Assembly (NCBI GenBank): GCA_022708865.1
Contig: JAKIXW010000002.1
Location: forward strand, 1 to 54,764
Direction: 5' to 3'
Length of the DNA stretch: 54,764 bases
DNA from: Acidobacteriota bacterium
GTDB taxonomy: Bacteria > Actinomycetota > Actinomycetes > Mycobacteriales > Mycobacteriaceae
Shown here: positions 26,119 through 36,599 of the stretch, one piece after another
Layout of the letters: each line of letters begins with the position of its first letter
Numbering within the stretch: position 1 is the first letter of the stretch
The notes under the pieces: model-generated
What the model saw: the letters and a program-made list of their open reading frames with translations, nothing else
Databases searched by the model: none
Told to the model about the DNA's origin: nothing
Made by a program: the position numbers and the translations under genes

Positions 26119-26970
26119 ATGGACCGGATCAGGGGCAAGGTCGTCGTCATCACCGGGGCGGCCCGCGGCATCGGCCGGGCCACCGCCGAAGCACTGCTGG
26201 CCCGCGGCGCGCGGGTGGTCGTCGGGGACCGTGACGTCAGCGCACTGGAGGCCTGCGTCACCGATCTGAACCGGGCCGGCCAGATCAGCGGTTACCCACT
26301 GGACGTCACCGATGCCGAATCGTTCGCGGTGTTCCTCGACAAGGCCCGCGCCGATGGCGGCGGCCGGATCGACGTGCTGATCAACAACGCGGGAGTGATG
26401 CCCGTCGGGCCGTTCCTGGAACACTCCGAGCAGGCCATCCGCTCGGCGATCGAGGTCAACTTCTACGGCGTGCTCAACGGCTGCCGGCTGGTGCTGCCGG
26501 AGATGACGAAGCGGCGTTCGGGCCACATCGTGAACATCTCGTCGGTGGCCGGGGTGCTGGCGGTGCCCGGCCAAGCCCTCTATGCGGGAACGAAATTCGC
26601 CGTCGTCGGCCTCTCCACCGCACTGTCGGACGAATTCGCGCCGCACGGCGTCGACGTCAGCGTGGTGATGCCGACGTTCACCAACACCGAGCTGATTTCC
26701 GGAACCGATGCCACTGGGGCTCGAAAGCCGTTGCAGCCCAAAGAGATCGCGGCGGCCGTCGTCAAGATCCTGGACAAGCCCACCACCGCGGTGTCGGTGC
26801 CGGGCCCGCTGCGCCCCATCAGCATCCTCTCGCAGTTGCTGCCACCGCGCGGTCGCCGCTGGCTCTCGCACAAGCTGGGCAACGACACCGTGTTCCTCAG
26901 TGTCGACACGTCGGCGCGGGCCGCCTACGAGAAACGCGCCCAGTCATCCACCGGCGTCCAGGAGGATTAG
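26119..26970 (+). CDS. Short-chain dehydrogenase/reductase
   Basis: TGAARGIG, NNAG and YAGTK motifs. Confidence 0.92.
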   Translation: MDRIRGKVVVITGAARGIGRATAEALLARGARVVVGDRDVSALEACVTDLNRAGQISGYPLDVTDAESFAVFLDKARADGGGRIDVLINNAGVMPVGPFLEHSEQAIRSAIEVNFYGVLNGCRLVLPEMTKRRSGHIVNISSVAGVLAVPGQALYAGTKFAVVGLSTALSDEFAPHGVDVSVVMPTFTNTELISGTDATGARKPLQPKEIAAAVVKILDKPTTAVSVPGPLRPISILSQLLPPRGRRWLSHKLGNDTVFLSVDTSARAAYEKRAQSSTGVQED

Positions 26971-29618
26971 CCGGCCCCCGCGGCGCCGGCCCGCATGATC
27001 GCCGCCAGGTCCTCCCGGGACGATGCGCCCACCCGCTGACAGGCGCGGTACAGGTGGCCCTCGACGGTGCGCACCGAAGTAACCAGCCGGTCCGCGATCT
27101 GCTTGTTGGACAGACCGGCGGCCACCAACTCGGCCACCTCCCGCTGCCGCCCGGTCAACGGGGTCGGCGACACCGGACTGCGGGTGGCCGGTGTGCACAG
27201 CCCACCGCACTCGGCGGCCAACTGAGCGGCGATCGACGCGGCGTACAGACCGCGGCTGCGCGACTGTGCGGCGGTCAGCGCCACCGCCGCCTGCGCCGCG
27301 GCGTCGGCCGCCGTGCAGCGGTCACCACTGTTCCGATAGGCCTCGACGACTTCCAGGAGCGCTTCGCCGTCGCCGCGGCTCAGTGAATCCGCATATGCGG
27401 CAACCGTTCCGGCCAGCGGAATGTCGATCTCCCCGGCCAGCTCACCGGCCCGGGCGGCCACCTCGGCGATCCGTTCACCGCAGTCCCACTGCGTAGCGGC
27501 CTGCAGGCACGCCAGCTCGTGGGTGGGCTGGCCGCGCTCCCGGGCCACCGCCGCCTCGGCCAGCACCGTGTCGACGGCATCGGTCAGCTGTCCCGCAGCG
27601 GCCTGCGCCCAACCGGTTGCCAGCGCGAAGGCCGACTGCATGAACAGGTACTCGGCCGGCACCACGGCGCGCGCGTTGGCCAGCATCTCGGCCGCGGCAT
27701 CGGCCTCGCCGAGTTTGGCGTGCACCTCCGTCAGCGCGAAGTAACACGCCGGTCGCAGGGTCGCGGCGCCGTGCTGTTCGGCCGCGGCCAGTGCCTCGCG
27801 CAGCAGTCGCGCGGCCTCCCGTAGTTCACCGCGCAGCAGCGCGGCATGACCCCGCAGGAAGATCAGGTTCGCGTACGGACGACCGGGTGCGTCGCGGGCC
27901 AACTCCGAGAGCACCTCGGTGGCCCGCTGGCACTCGTCGAGGAGCCCGTTGAGCCGGCACGCCCGCAGATAGACCCCGCCGAACCAGAACCGCATCGGGG
28001 CGGTCTCATAGGAGCCGGCAGCGCGCTCGATCGCCTCGTGCGCCACCGGAATCACGTCGGCGGCATGCCCGAGGGCGCCGGCCGACATCACCAGCGCCAG
28101 CGCGGCCATGAACGCGTTGAGATCCGAAAGTTCACCGGAATCTATTGCCGCCCTGGCTTTTTCCTCCGAATCGGCGCAACGCGCGCCGATGGCGTCCACA
28201 CATGCCTCGACGGCCATCCGACCCGCGCGTTCGGCGCCGTTCTCGTCCTCCGTCCCACCCAGGGCGGCCAGCTCCGCCAGGATCGCCGCCGCGTCGGCCG
28301 GCCGGGCGAGCACCCAGATCATGTTGACCGCGCGCATCAGCGCCCAGACCCGGCGCTCGGCGTCATCGGCGGGCCGCAGGTTGGCCAGGAACTGGTCGGC
28401 CTCCTCGCCACCGCGGGTGGCCAGGATGCAGTGCGCCTGCAGCGGGGCGGCCGCGGCCGGGTCGGCGGAGGCGGCGGCCTCGGCGAAGCGTTCGGCCAGT
28501 TCGACGTCGAGCATCCGCATCGCATGCTCACCGGCGTCGAGGAACAGCTGCGGGTCCGGCGGCAGATCCGAATCGAGCGCCAATTGCGCCCGCACCACGG
28601 TCCGCTGGGGATCGGCGTCACCGGGCGGGGCGTGCTTGGCCAGGAGCGTGGAAAGCCGCCCACGCAGCTTCGAGCGGTACATCTCCCCGGCCGCCGAGCG
28701 GCGCAGTTCACCGAAGAGCGGATGGGCGAACCGGGCCAGCAGCTGGCGTCCGGTGCGCTCGACGCGCACCAGGTTCAACTGCTCGGCGGTCTCCAGGTCC
28801 TCCCCCGAAACGAGTTCGAGCAGCACGTCGAGGTCCAGCGGCTCGCACAGGGACAGGGCGTCCAGCATCAACGCCTGTTCGGGTGGCAGCTGATCGAGCC
28901 GGTTGCCCACCAGGTCGCTCATGCTCTGGGACACCGCGACGTCCCCGTCCCACAGCCACACCCCGGCGACGCGACGGATCCGACCGGCGGACACCTGATC
29001 CTTGACGAGCTGCTGGATGAACAGGGCGTTGCCGCGGGTCAGCCGCCAGAACCGCTGGGCACTCTGGGCATCGACGGGGCCCTCCAGGATCTGCTCGACG
29101 ACCGCGCGGGTTGCCGCCGCCGACAACGGCTCGAGGTCCAGCCGGTAGAGCAGCTTGTCCTTCCACAGCGCGGTGACGGCGTCGGGTTCGCCGGCCCCGG
29201 TGCGCACCGTCACCACCAGCCGGGCCTCCCGGGTCTGTGCCAACTGGTGCACGACGTGCGCCGAGAAGCCGTCGAGCAGATGCGCGTCGTCGACGCCGAT
29301 CACGACCCGGCCCTGACGTTGTTGCGCCACAAGCGCATTGATGACCCGCCGGACGCTGGGGGCCGGCTCGGCGGCGGCATCGCCGAGGGTTATCGAGAAT
29401 GCGCCCAACGGTATTGGCCGCGCCGATGCGGTTCCGCTGATCCAGTTGGTCCGGGTACCCCCCGGGGCCGTACCCATCAGCTCCCGCGCCAGGCGCGTCT
29501 TACCCACGCCCGCCGGGCCCGCGATCACCACCCCGGCATAGTTGCCCGCACCGCCCAGCGCACGCCGCAGCGCAGCCAGTTCGTCGTCCCGCCCCCTCAG
29601 CGCCCCACCGCTGGTCAC
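26967..29618 (-). CDS. Large ATP-binding LuxR-family transcriptional regulator
   Basis: Walker A GPAGVGKT, Walker B VDDAH and C-terminal LuxR HTH (LTGRQREVA...GLSNKQIA). TATAGT lies 6 nt before the GTG. Confidence 0.9.
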   Translation of the reverse strand: MTSGGALRGRDDELAALRRALGGAGNYAGVVIAGPAGVGKTRLARELMGTAPGGTRTNWISGTASARPIPLGAFSITLGDAAAEPAPSVRRVINALVAQQRQGRVVIGVDDAHLLDGFSAHVVHQLAQTREARLVVTVRTGAGEPDAVTALWKDKLLYRLDLEPLSAAATRAVVEQILEGPVDAQSAQRFWRLTRGNALFIQQLVKDQVSAGRIRRVAGVWLWDGDVAVSQSMSDLVGNRLDQLPPEQALMLDALSLCEPLDLDVLLELVSGEDLETAEQLNLVRVERTGRQLLARFAHPLFGELRRSAAGEMYRSKLRGRLSTLLAKHAPPGDADPQRTVVRAQLALDSDLPPDPQLFLDAGEHAMRMLDVELAERFAEAAASADPAAAAPLQAHCILATRGGEEADQFLANLRPADDAERRVWALMRAVNMIWVLARPADAAAILAELAALGGTEDENGAERAGRMAVEACVDAIGARCADSEEKARAAIDSGELSDLNAFMAALALVMSAGALGHAADVIPVAHEAIERAAGSYETAPMRFWFGGVYLRACRLNGLLDECQRATEVLSELARDAPGRPYANLIFLRGHAALLRGELREAARLLREALAAAEQHGAATLRPACYFALTEVHAKLGEADAAAEMLANARAVVPAEYLFMQSAFALATGWAQAAAGQLTDAVDTVLAEAAVARERGQPTHELACLQAATQWDCGERIAEVAARAGELAGEIDIPLAGTVAAYADSLSRGDGEALLEVVEAYRNSGDRCTAADAAAQAAVALTAAQSRSRGLYAASIAAQLAAECGGLCTPATRSPVSPTPLTGRQREVAELVAAGLSNKQIADRLVTSVRTVEGHLYRACQRVGASSREDLAAIMRAGAAGAG

Positions 29619-29655
29619 GCCGCGACTATAACGCGAAAACCCGTCGATCCAACGG

Positions 29656-30900
29656 TTAATTCGCCAGGGCCTGGTCCAGATCGGCGATCAGGTCGTCGGT
29701 GCCCTCGAGCCCGACCGAGATGCGGACCACGCCGTCGCCCAGACCGATCGCGGCCCGGCCCTCCGGGCCCATCGCACGGTGCGTGGTGGTCGCCGGATGG
29801 GTGATCAGGCTCTTGGCGTCGCCGAGGTTGTTGGAGATGTCGATGATCTGCAGCTTGTCCAGCAACTCGAACGCCCGCTGCTTGCCCTGACCGTCCGGCG
29901 CGTCCAGTTCCAGCGTGACGACCGTCCCGCCGCCGGACATCTGGCGGCGCGCCAGCTCGTACTGTGGATGGGAGGGCAGGTACGGATAGCGCACCCACCG
30001 GACCGCCGGATGGCCCTCCAGGAACTCCGCGACCCGCAGTGCCGACCGGGAGCTGTAATCGACCCGAACAGCAAGTGTCTCCAGACCTTTGAGCATCACC
30101 CAGGCATTGAACGCACTGATCGCCGGACCGGTGTGCCGCATCAGCGTCTGCACCTGACCGTCGATGTACTCCCGGTCGCCGAGGATCGCGCCGCCCAGCA
30201 CCCGGCCCTGCCCGTCGATGTGCTTGGTGCCGGAATAGACCACGACGTCGGCACCCAGCTCCATGCCCCGCTGCATCAGCGGTGTGGCAAACACGTTGTC
30301 CAGGACGACCTTTGCCCCGGCGCCGTGCGCGAGTTCGCTCACCGCCGCGACGTCGACCAACGTCTGCATCGGGTTGGACGGGGTCTCGAAGAACACCGCC
30401 TGGGTGGGGACGGAGAGCGCTTCCTCCCACTGCTGCAGGTCGTCGCCGTCGACGAACACGGTCTCGACACCCCAGCGGGGCAGGATCTCGTTGCACACCA
30501 CGAAGCACGACCCGAACAGACTGCGCGCGGCGACCAACCGGTCACCCGCCCCGAGCAGCGCGCCCAGCGAGGTGAACACCGCAGCCATTCCGGTGGCGGT
30601 GGCGAAGCAGGCGGGCGCGCCCTCGATCAGCCGCAGCCGCTCCTCGAACATCGAGATGGTCGGATTGCCGTAGCGAGAGTAGACATAGCGGTCGATCTCG
30701 CCGGTGAACGCCTGCTCGGCCGCTGCCGCCGACTCGTAGACATAGCCCGACGTCAGGTACATCGCCTCGGCGGTCTCTTCGAATCCCGAGCGCAGCAGGC
30801 CGCCGCGAACGCCGATGGTGGCCGGGCTCACGCCGTCGGGCAGCGGCGCCGGAATGCGCACAGAGGGAACCGACCGGAAGGATTCGGACGGGTCGCTCAT
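29656..30900 (-). CDS. metZ: O-succinylhomoserine sulfhydrylase
   Basis: YSRYGNPT, ETPSNP, DNVF, SGTKH (PLP Lys) and NNLGD. ATGA overlap with rhodanese. Confidence 0.93.
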   Translation of the reverse strand: MSDPSESFRSVPSVRIPAPLPDGVSPATIGVRGGLLRSGFEETAEAMYLTSGYVYESAAAAEQAFTGEIDRYVYSRYGNPTISMFEERLRLIEGAPACFATATGMAAVFTSLGALLGAGDRLVAARSLFGSCFVVCNEILPRWGVETVFVDGDDLQQWEEALSVPTQAVFFETPSNPMQTLVDVAAVSELAHGAGAKVVLDNVFATPLMQRGMELGADVVVYSGTKHIDGQGRVLGGAILGDREYIDGQVQTLMRHTGPAISAFNAWVMLKGLETLAVRVDYSSRSALRVAEFLEGHPAVRWVRYPYLPSHPQYELARRQMSGGGTVVTLELDAPDGQGKQRAFELLDKLQIIDISNNLGDAKSLITHPATTTHRAMGPEGRAAIGLGDGVVRISVGLEGTDDLIADLDQALAN

Positions 30901-31310
30901 GACTGCACCCAGGGAAGTCCGACCGCTTTCCAGCCGGTGCCGCCGCGGTGCCGGCGGTCGTCGAGGTTGCCCTCGAACCCGTCGAGCATGTTGTAGGACG
31001 GCGCGATGCCGGCGGCGGTCGCCGACTCGGCGGCCCCGATGGAGCGGTTGCCGGACCGGCACAGGAAGATCACCGGGCGATCCCCCGGGGTCACGCCGCT
31101 CGCGATCAGGTCATCGACGAAACCGTCGTTGTGGGAACCGTCGCCGCGGTTCCATTCGACGTACACGACGTCGCGCCCGAGTGCGGAGATGTCCGCCACG
31201 CCGACGAAGCGCCATTCGGCGTCGGTACGACAGTCGACGAGGACCGCGTCGGGGTGTTCCTCGAGCATCGTCCACGCCTGCTCGGGCGTGATGTCACCGG
31301 CATAGCTCAC
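30897..31310 (-). CDS. Rhodanese-like protein (Rv0390-like)
   Basis: MSYAGDITP start, active loop CRSGNRS and GWKAVGLPW. Confidence 0.92.
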   Translation of the reverse strand: MSYAGDITPEQAWTMLEEHPDAVLVDCRTDAEWRFVGVADISALGRDVVYVEWNRGDGSHNDGFVDDLIASGVTPGDRPVIFLCRSGNRSIGAAESATAAGIAPSYNMLDGFEGNLDDRRHRGGTGWKAVGLPWVQS

Positions 31311-31358
31311 GGATCCGAGTTTCCCATACGGGCGGGGATGGGCCCGGTTCAGCCGGGA

Positions 31359-31826
31359 TCAGCTGGGTCCGGCCGTGCAGACCCGCCACGCGCCGTCCTC
31401 CCGGACGAGGGCGGTCCGAACGTCGGTCTTGTCATCCCGATTGCGCTCGAAGTAGTACGTGACGGTCGCGCTGGCCGTGTCGCCGCTCATCGACACGTCG
31501 GTCACGTTGCCGACGTAGCGCCCACCCTTGGCCGCCACCGAAGTGCGTTGCCGGTCGAGCACCTGGGCCTCCGTGCCCGCATCGCGCGCGCAGGTGTTGG
31601 CGCGGAAGTCGGCATAGTCCAGGCGTTGCAGGGCGTCGTTCTGGCCCAGCACGGCGCGCACCACCCGGTCGGTCTCGGTGTCCCGGTCGCGGTTCGCCAG
31701 CGTCAACGCGCCGACCCCCAGCAGCGTGACGAGCCCGACCGCCAACGCGCCGATGAACGGCCACGGGGTGGCACCGTCATCGGCGGCCAGGTCATCCGGA
31801 CCGGCGGCTCCCGCACCTCCGCTCAC
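31359..31826 (-). CDS. Rv0361-family single-pass membrane protein (NTF2-like C-terminal domain)
   Basis: One TM followed by QNDALQRLDY..F...TC and W.VC end. GTG overlaps the stop of the upstream ZnF-UBP gene. Confidence 0.7.
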   Translation of the reverse strand: MSGGAGAAGPDDLAADDGATPWPFIGALAVGLVTLLGVGALTLANRDRDTETDRVVRAVLGQNDALQRLDYADFRANTCARDAGTEAQVLDRQRTSVAAKGGRYVGNVTDVSMSGDTASATVTYYFERNRDDKTDVRTALVREDGAWRVCTAGPS

Positions 31827-32143
31827 GGCCGTAGTTCGGTGTCGACGTAGCACCAGCGCCACTGCTCACCCGGTTCGACCGAACGCATCACCGGATGCCC
31901 GGTCGCCTCGAAATGCCCGGTGGCGTGCCGGCGCGGACTGGAATCACAGCAGCCGACCCGACCGCAGCTCAGACACATCCGCAGGTGCGCCCAATTGTTC
32001 TCACCCAATTCGGCGCAGCCCTGGCACTGGTCGCTCTGCGGCGACGGCTCAGGCGTATCGGCCGCCGCGGCCAGATGTTCACACCCCACAGGCGTCGCGG
32101 GCGTGATCGGATCGTCCTGACGCCAGCGGCTCGCACGTCTCAC
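31823..32143 (-). CDS. UBP-type zinc finger protein
   Basis: CEH...CQGC...HLRMCLSCGRVGCCDSS...HAT.H...HP...WRWCYVD. Start uncertain. Confidence 0.85.
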   Translation of the reverse strand: MRRASRWRQDDPITPATPVGCEHLAAAADTPEPSPQSDQCQGCAELGENNWAHLRMCLSCGRVGCCDSSPRRHATGHFEATGHPVMRSVEPGEQWRWCYVDTELRP

Positions 32144-32194
32144 CGGGCAGCTCCGTGATGCAGCATGGTGTCCAAGGATAGGAGGTACGTCGAC

Positions 32195-33808
32195 GTGTCT
32201 GCCGAATTGCTGGCGGTGCTGGTGGTCGCCGTGCTGGTATCCGCAGTCGCCCGTCGCTACAACCTGTCGTCGCCGCTGGTGCTGGTGCTGACCGGGTTGG
32301 TATTCGGGCTCATCCCCGGCCTCCCGCATTTCACGCTCGACCCCGACCTGGTGCTGTTCGTCATCCTGCCGCCGCTGCTGTGGTCGGCGGGTCTGGAGAG
32401 TTCCTATGTCGCCCTGCGGCAGAACATCAAGCCCATCGGCCTGCTGGCCGTCGGCCTGCCGCTGGCCACCACGTTCGCCGTCGGTGTCGTCGCCTATCAC
32501 GTGGTGCCGGACCTGACCCTGCCGGCGGCGCTGGTGCTCGGCGCGATCGTGGCTCCACCCGATGCGGTCTCCGCCACGGCCATCGGGCGCCGCCTCGGGC
32601 TGCCCCGGCGGATGATGACGCTGCTCGGCGGTGAGAGTCTGCTCAACGACGCGACCGCGCTGACGGCGTACAAGGTCGCGTTGGCCGCGGCCATCGGGGC
32701 GGCGCAGAGCTGGGGTCATGCCGCCGCGGTGTTCGCGCTGGCCGTCGTGGGCGGTGTCGCGGTCGGCGCAGCGATCGGGTGGGCCATCGTGGCGGTCCGC
32801 GCCTGGCTCGACGACGACCTCTCCGAGAGCGCCATCGGGCTGGTGGCCCCGTTCGTCATCTACCTGCTCGCCGAAGAGGTGCACGGTTCAGGCGTGCTGG
32901 CCGTGGTGGTGGCGGCGTTGATCTCGGGCCGGCGATCCACCGAGGCGGGCTATGCGACCCGGTTGCAGGACTACGCCGTGTGGCGCAGTGTGCAGCTGCT
33001 GCTGGAATCATTGGCCTTCCTGCTCATCGGGCTGCAGCTGCCGCAGGTGCTGCGCGAACTCAGTGGGGTGCCGCCGCGGGTCGTGCTGCTGTCGTCGGCC
33101 GCGGTGTTCGTCACGGTGCTGGCGGTGCGGGTGATCTGGATGTTCGCGTCGTCGGCGCTGCTGCGCATCCCGGGCCGCGGCGACACGCTGGCCCGAAGAC
33201 CGCCCGCCACAGAGACTTTCGTCGTCTCGTGGGCGGGCATGCGCGGGGTGGTCTCGTTGGCCGCGGCGTTCGGCGTGCCCCTGACCACGATGTCCGGTGC
33301 GCCGTTCCCGGGCCGACCGTACGTGGTGTTCCTGACCTTCGTCGTGGTGGTGGGCACGCTGCTGCTGCACGGTCTGACCCTGCCGTGGCTGATCCGGCGG
33401 CTCGGCGTCGGCGGCAGCGACACCCAGGCCGACGCACTGGCCATCGTCGGCGCCCGCACCCGCGCCGCGGACGCGGCCGAGACCAAGCTCGACGAGGTGA
33501 TGGCCAAGAAGCACACGGCGCAAACGGAATCCGGGCTGCCGGTCGCCGTCTACGAACACGCCGCCGACGTGCTGCGGCACACCAACGACCGCCGCCGCAA
33601 CAGCGCGTGGGAGCAGGAACTCGGCCGCGGGTCCGATGAACTGGGCGCCAGCCCCAGCGACGCATTCCGCAAGCTGCGGCTGGCTATGCTGTCTGCCGAG
33701 CGCAAGACGATGATCGGCGAGCGCGACGCCGGGCGGATCGACGACGAGGTGCTCAGGGACCTGCTCCATGAGTTGGACCTGGAGGAAGCGGCCTTCAACC
33801 GCGGGTGA
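32195..33808 (+). CDS. Na+/H+ antiporter (CPA1, YjcE-like)
   Basis: LPPLL, PPDAV, GESLLND, WAGMRGVVSLA and ELDLEE. GGAGG precedes GTG 32195. Confidence 0.92.
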   Translation: MSAELLAVLVVAVLVSAVARRYNLSSPLVLVLTGLVFGLIPGLPHFTLDPDLVLFVILPPLLWSAGLESSYVALRQNIKPIGLLAVGLPLATTFAVGVVAYHVVPDLTLPAALVLGAIVAPPDAVSATAIGRRLGLPRRMMTLLGGESLLNDATALTAYKVALAAAIGAAQSWGHAAAVFALAVVGGVAVGAAIGWAIVAVRAWLDDDLSESAIGLVAPFVIYLLAEEVHGSGVLAVVVAALISGRRSTEAGYATRLQDYAVWRSVQLLLESLAFLLIGLQLPQVLRELSGVPPRVVLLSSAAVFVTVLAVRVIWMFASSALLRIPGRGDTLARRPPATETFVVSWAGMRGVVSLAAAFGVPLTTMSGAPFPGRPYVVFLTFVVVVGTLLLHGLTLPWLIRRLGVGGSDTQADALAIVGARTRAADAAETKLDEVMAKKHTAQTESGLPVAVYEHAADVLRHTNDRRRNSAWEQELGRGSDELGASPSDAFRKLRLAMLSAERKTMIGERDAGRIDDEVLRDLLHELDLEEAAFNRG

Positions 33809-33843
33809 GTTCGCCCGAACCCGACGGTGGGTACCTTGTTCGC

Positions 33844-35931
33844 GTGACCTGGGACCGATTCTCCGCCGCCGTGACCTCCCGCCGCTCCTGGGTGTGGGTA
33901 CTGCTGGTGGTAGCTGCCGCCGGTGCGTTGATGGGACTGGCCGGAGCGAGCGACTCGGCCTCGCAGTCGCCGGTGTCGCTGCCCGCCTCGGCCGAATCGG
34001 CGCGGGCGGCCCAGCTGGCGGCCGGGTTCTCGGGCGGCGACCGGGCCCCGGTGATCCTCGTGGTCACTCGCGCCGACGGAGGCGCGCTGACCCCCGAGGA
34101 TCAGGCGGCCGGCGAAGCGGCCCGGCAGCGGGTGGGGGCCGCCCCGCTGGCGGTGTCCGACGACGGCAAGGCCGCCCTGGCCGCGGCGCCGCTGGACTCC
34201 GGGCTGTCCGGGTTCGCGCTCAACGATGCCGTGCAGTCGCTACGGACCACGGCGACCGACGGCCTACCCGCCGGCCTGACCGCACAGATCACCGGCGGCC
34301 CCGCGTTCGGGGCCGACATCGCCAACGCCTTCTCCGGGGCCAACGTCACCCTGCTGGCCGTCACCGCGTCGGTGGTGGCGATCCTGCTGATCCTGACCTA
34401 CCGTTCGCCGGTGCTGTGGCTGGTGCCGCTGCTGGTCATCGCCTTCGCCGACCGGGTGGGCGCCGTCGCCGGGGAGCGGGTGACCTCGGCCGCCGGCCTG
34501 ATCGCCGACGGGTCGACCGCCGGCATCACCAGCGTCCTGGTGTTCGGCGCGGGCACCAATTACGCGCTGCTGCTGATCTCGCGGTACCGGGAGGAGCTGA
34601 CCCGTCGGGCCGACGATGCGGGCGACCGACATCGGGCCGCCCTGCACACCGCCGTCCGCACGGCCGGGCCGGCAATCCTGGCCAGCAACGCCACCGTCGT
34701 GCTGGCCCTGCTGACGCTGCTCTTCGCCTCCGCCCCGAGCACCCGCAGCCTCGGTCTGCAGGCCGCCACCGGCCTGGTGGTGGCGGCGTTGTTCGCCCTG
34801 GTGGTGTTGCCGCCGCTGCTCGCGTTGTGCGGGGTCCGGCTGTTCTGGCCGTTCATCCCGAAGTCGGCCGACGACGCTGCCGGGGATCCGGTTGTCACCG
34901 GCTTCTGGCACCGCATTGCGACGGCCGTGGCCGCCCGGCCGGTGTGGGTGGCCGCCACCTCGATCGGCTTGCTGGCGGTGCTGGCGACGGGCCTGCTGGC
35001 CACCCCGACCGGCCTGTCGCAGACCGAGCAGTTCCGGGTGCGGGCCGAGTCCGTCAGCGGCTACGACGCCGTGGCCGCGCACTTCCCCGGTAGCCTGTCC
35101 GATCCCACGCGGGTGATCGGCAGCACCGAGCGGGCCGCGGGGCTGCAGCAGGCGATCGCCGGCACCCCGGGAGTGGTGTCCGTGACCGAGGCCGGCCGCA
35201 CCGACGCGGGCCTGGTGCAGTTCACCGTCGTCACCGACGCCGCACCGGCCACTGACCAGGCATTCGAAATCGTTGCAGCACTGCGTAATTCAGCTCATGG
35301 CGCCGACCCGGGTGCCGTCGTCGGGGGCGCCGACGCGCAGGCCCTGGACATCCGCGACGCCGCGGTGCGCGACCGCCTGGTGCTGATCCCGGCAATCCTC
35401 GCGGTGGTCCTGGCGGTGCTGTTCGTGCTGCTGCGCGCGGTGGTCGCGCCGCTGATCCTGGTGGCCGTCACGGTGCTCTCGGCGCTGGCCGCGCTGGGCC
35501 TGGGCGGCTGGGTCAGCGTGCATCTGGTCGGCTTCCCGGCGCTGGACAACAGCACGCCACTGTTCGCGTTCCTGTTCCTGGTCGCACTCGGCGTCGACTA
35601 CACCATCTTCCTGGTGACGCGCGCGCGGGAAGAAGCGCGCACCCACGGTACTCGTGAGGGCATCGTGCGGGCGGTGTCGGCGACCGGCGCCGTCATCACC
35701 AGCGCGGGCGTCGTCCTGGCCGCGGTGTTCTGCGTACTGGGCGTGCTGCCGCTGATCGTGCTGACCCAACTGGGCATCATCGTCGGACTGGGCATCCTGC
35801 TGGACACCTTCCTGGTGCGCACCGTGGTGATCCCGGCGCTGTTCACCATCATCGGGCCGCAGGTGTGGTGGCCCGGCCAGCTGGACCCCCAACCCGCCGA
35901 GGTCCCGTACGGCCGGCACGCCCGCCGCTAG
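33844..35931 (+). CDS. MMPL (RND) family transporter
   Basis: Two repeats: ITGGPA...YRS...GAGTNY and VGGADA...LGVDY..FL..R. Alternative start GTG 33805 overlaps the antiporter stop. Confidence 0.9.
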   Translation: MTWDRFSAAVTSRRSWVWVLLVVAAAGALMGLAGASDSASQSPVSLPASAESARAAQLAAGFSGGDRAPVILVVTRADGGALTPEDQAAGEAARQRVGAAPLAVSDDGKAALAAAPLDSGLSGFALNDAVQSLRTTATDGLPAGLTAQITGGPAFGADIANAFSGANVTLLAVTASVVAILLILTYRSPVLWLVPLLVIAFADRVGAVAGERVTSAAGLIADGSTAGITSVLVFGAGTNYALLLISRYREELTRRADDAGDRHRAALHTAVRTAGPAILASNATVVLALLTLLFASAPSTRSLGLQAATGLVVAALFALVVLPPLLALCGVRLFWPFIPKSADDAAGDPVVTGFWHRIATAVAARPVWVAATSIGLLAVLATGLLATPTGLSQTEQFRVRAESVSGYDAVAAHFPGSLSDPTRVIGSTERAAGLQQAIAGTPGVVSVTEAGRTDAGLVQFTVVTDAAPATDQAFEIVAALRNSAHGADPGAVVGGADAQALDIRDAAVRDRLVLIPAILAVVLAVLFVLLRAVVAPLILVAVTVLSALAALGLGGWVSVHLVGFPALDNSTPLFAFLFLVALGVDYTIFLVTRAREEARTHGTREGIVRAVSATGAVITSAGVVLAAVFCVLGVLPLIVLTQLGIIVGLGILLDTFLVRTVVIPALFTIIGPQVWWPGQLDPQPAEVPYGRHARR

Positions 35932-36599
35932 TGCCCGGCGCCGTCGTGGTGCAGGTCGATCACACCGGACCGGACCAGCGCCAGCACGCTGACGATGAAC
36001 ACCCACGCCGGAAAGGCGAGCACGATCCACATGCTCAGGTCACCGAGCAGCAGGAGGGCTACGGCGACGACGTAGGTGATAACGATCAACCAGCGCCGCA
36101 TCAGCCCGGTCCTGAGCCAGATGGTGGCCAACGAGATCATGAACACCGCGGCCATCCGCACGCCGTAGGTCTTGGCCAGCGACAACAGCAGCGCCTGGCC
36201 GAACAGCGCCGTCGTCGTCCGCGCGTCGCCCGTGGCACCGCTGATGGCCACCAGGCCCGCGGCCGTCGCCGAACTGGCGAACAGCATGGCCAGGAACAAC
36301 AGACCGCTGCCCAGGAACACGGACGCGAAGAACCGATCCTCGTAGCTACCCAGGCCATCGCGGACCACGCCGATGAACCAGAGGAAGCAGATGCCGGCGA
36401 ATGGCATGAGGATCGCCGCCACCCGCAGGCGGCCGCTATTGGAGTCGAGCCACTGCGAGCCGGGGCTGCCACCCTCGGGCAACGTCGAACGGATCAGCCA
36501 GATCGCCATCCCGAACAACACCGTGAACAGCACACCCGCCAGGGCGGCCGCGCGAGGGGTAGACAGTCGACGGAGCCCAATCTGATCAGAGTTAGTCAT
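35928..36599 (-). CDS. Conserved membrane protein of unknown function (about six TM)
   Basis: LSTPRAAALAG, PFAGI.FLWFIGVVRD and EDRFFASVFLGSG. ATGA-coupled to the upstream GGDEF gene. Confidence 0.75.
   Translation of the reverse strand: MTNSDQIGLRRLSTPRAAALAGVLFTVLFGMAIWLIRSTLPEGGSPGSQWLDSNSGRLRVAAILMPFAGICFLWFIGVVRDGLGSYEDRFFASVFLGSGLLFLAMLFASSATAAGLVAISGATGDARTTTALFGQALLLSLAKTYGVRMAAVFMISLATIWLRTGLMRRWLIVITYVVAVALLLLGDLSMWIVLAFPAWVFIVSVLALVRSGVIDLHHDGAGH

Noticed and set aside
27846-29804. 652-aa plus-strand ORF
   Set aside because: Antisense to the LuxR regulator; composition of a shadow frame.
32144-32884. 5' extension of the ZnF-UBP ORF
   Set aside because: Antisense to the antiporter; not protein-like.
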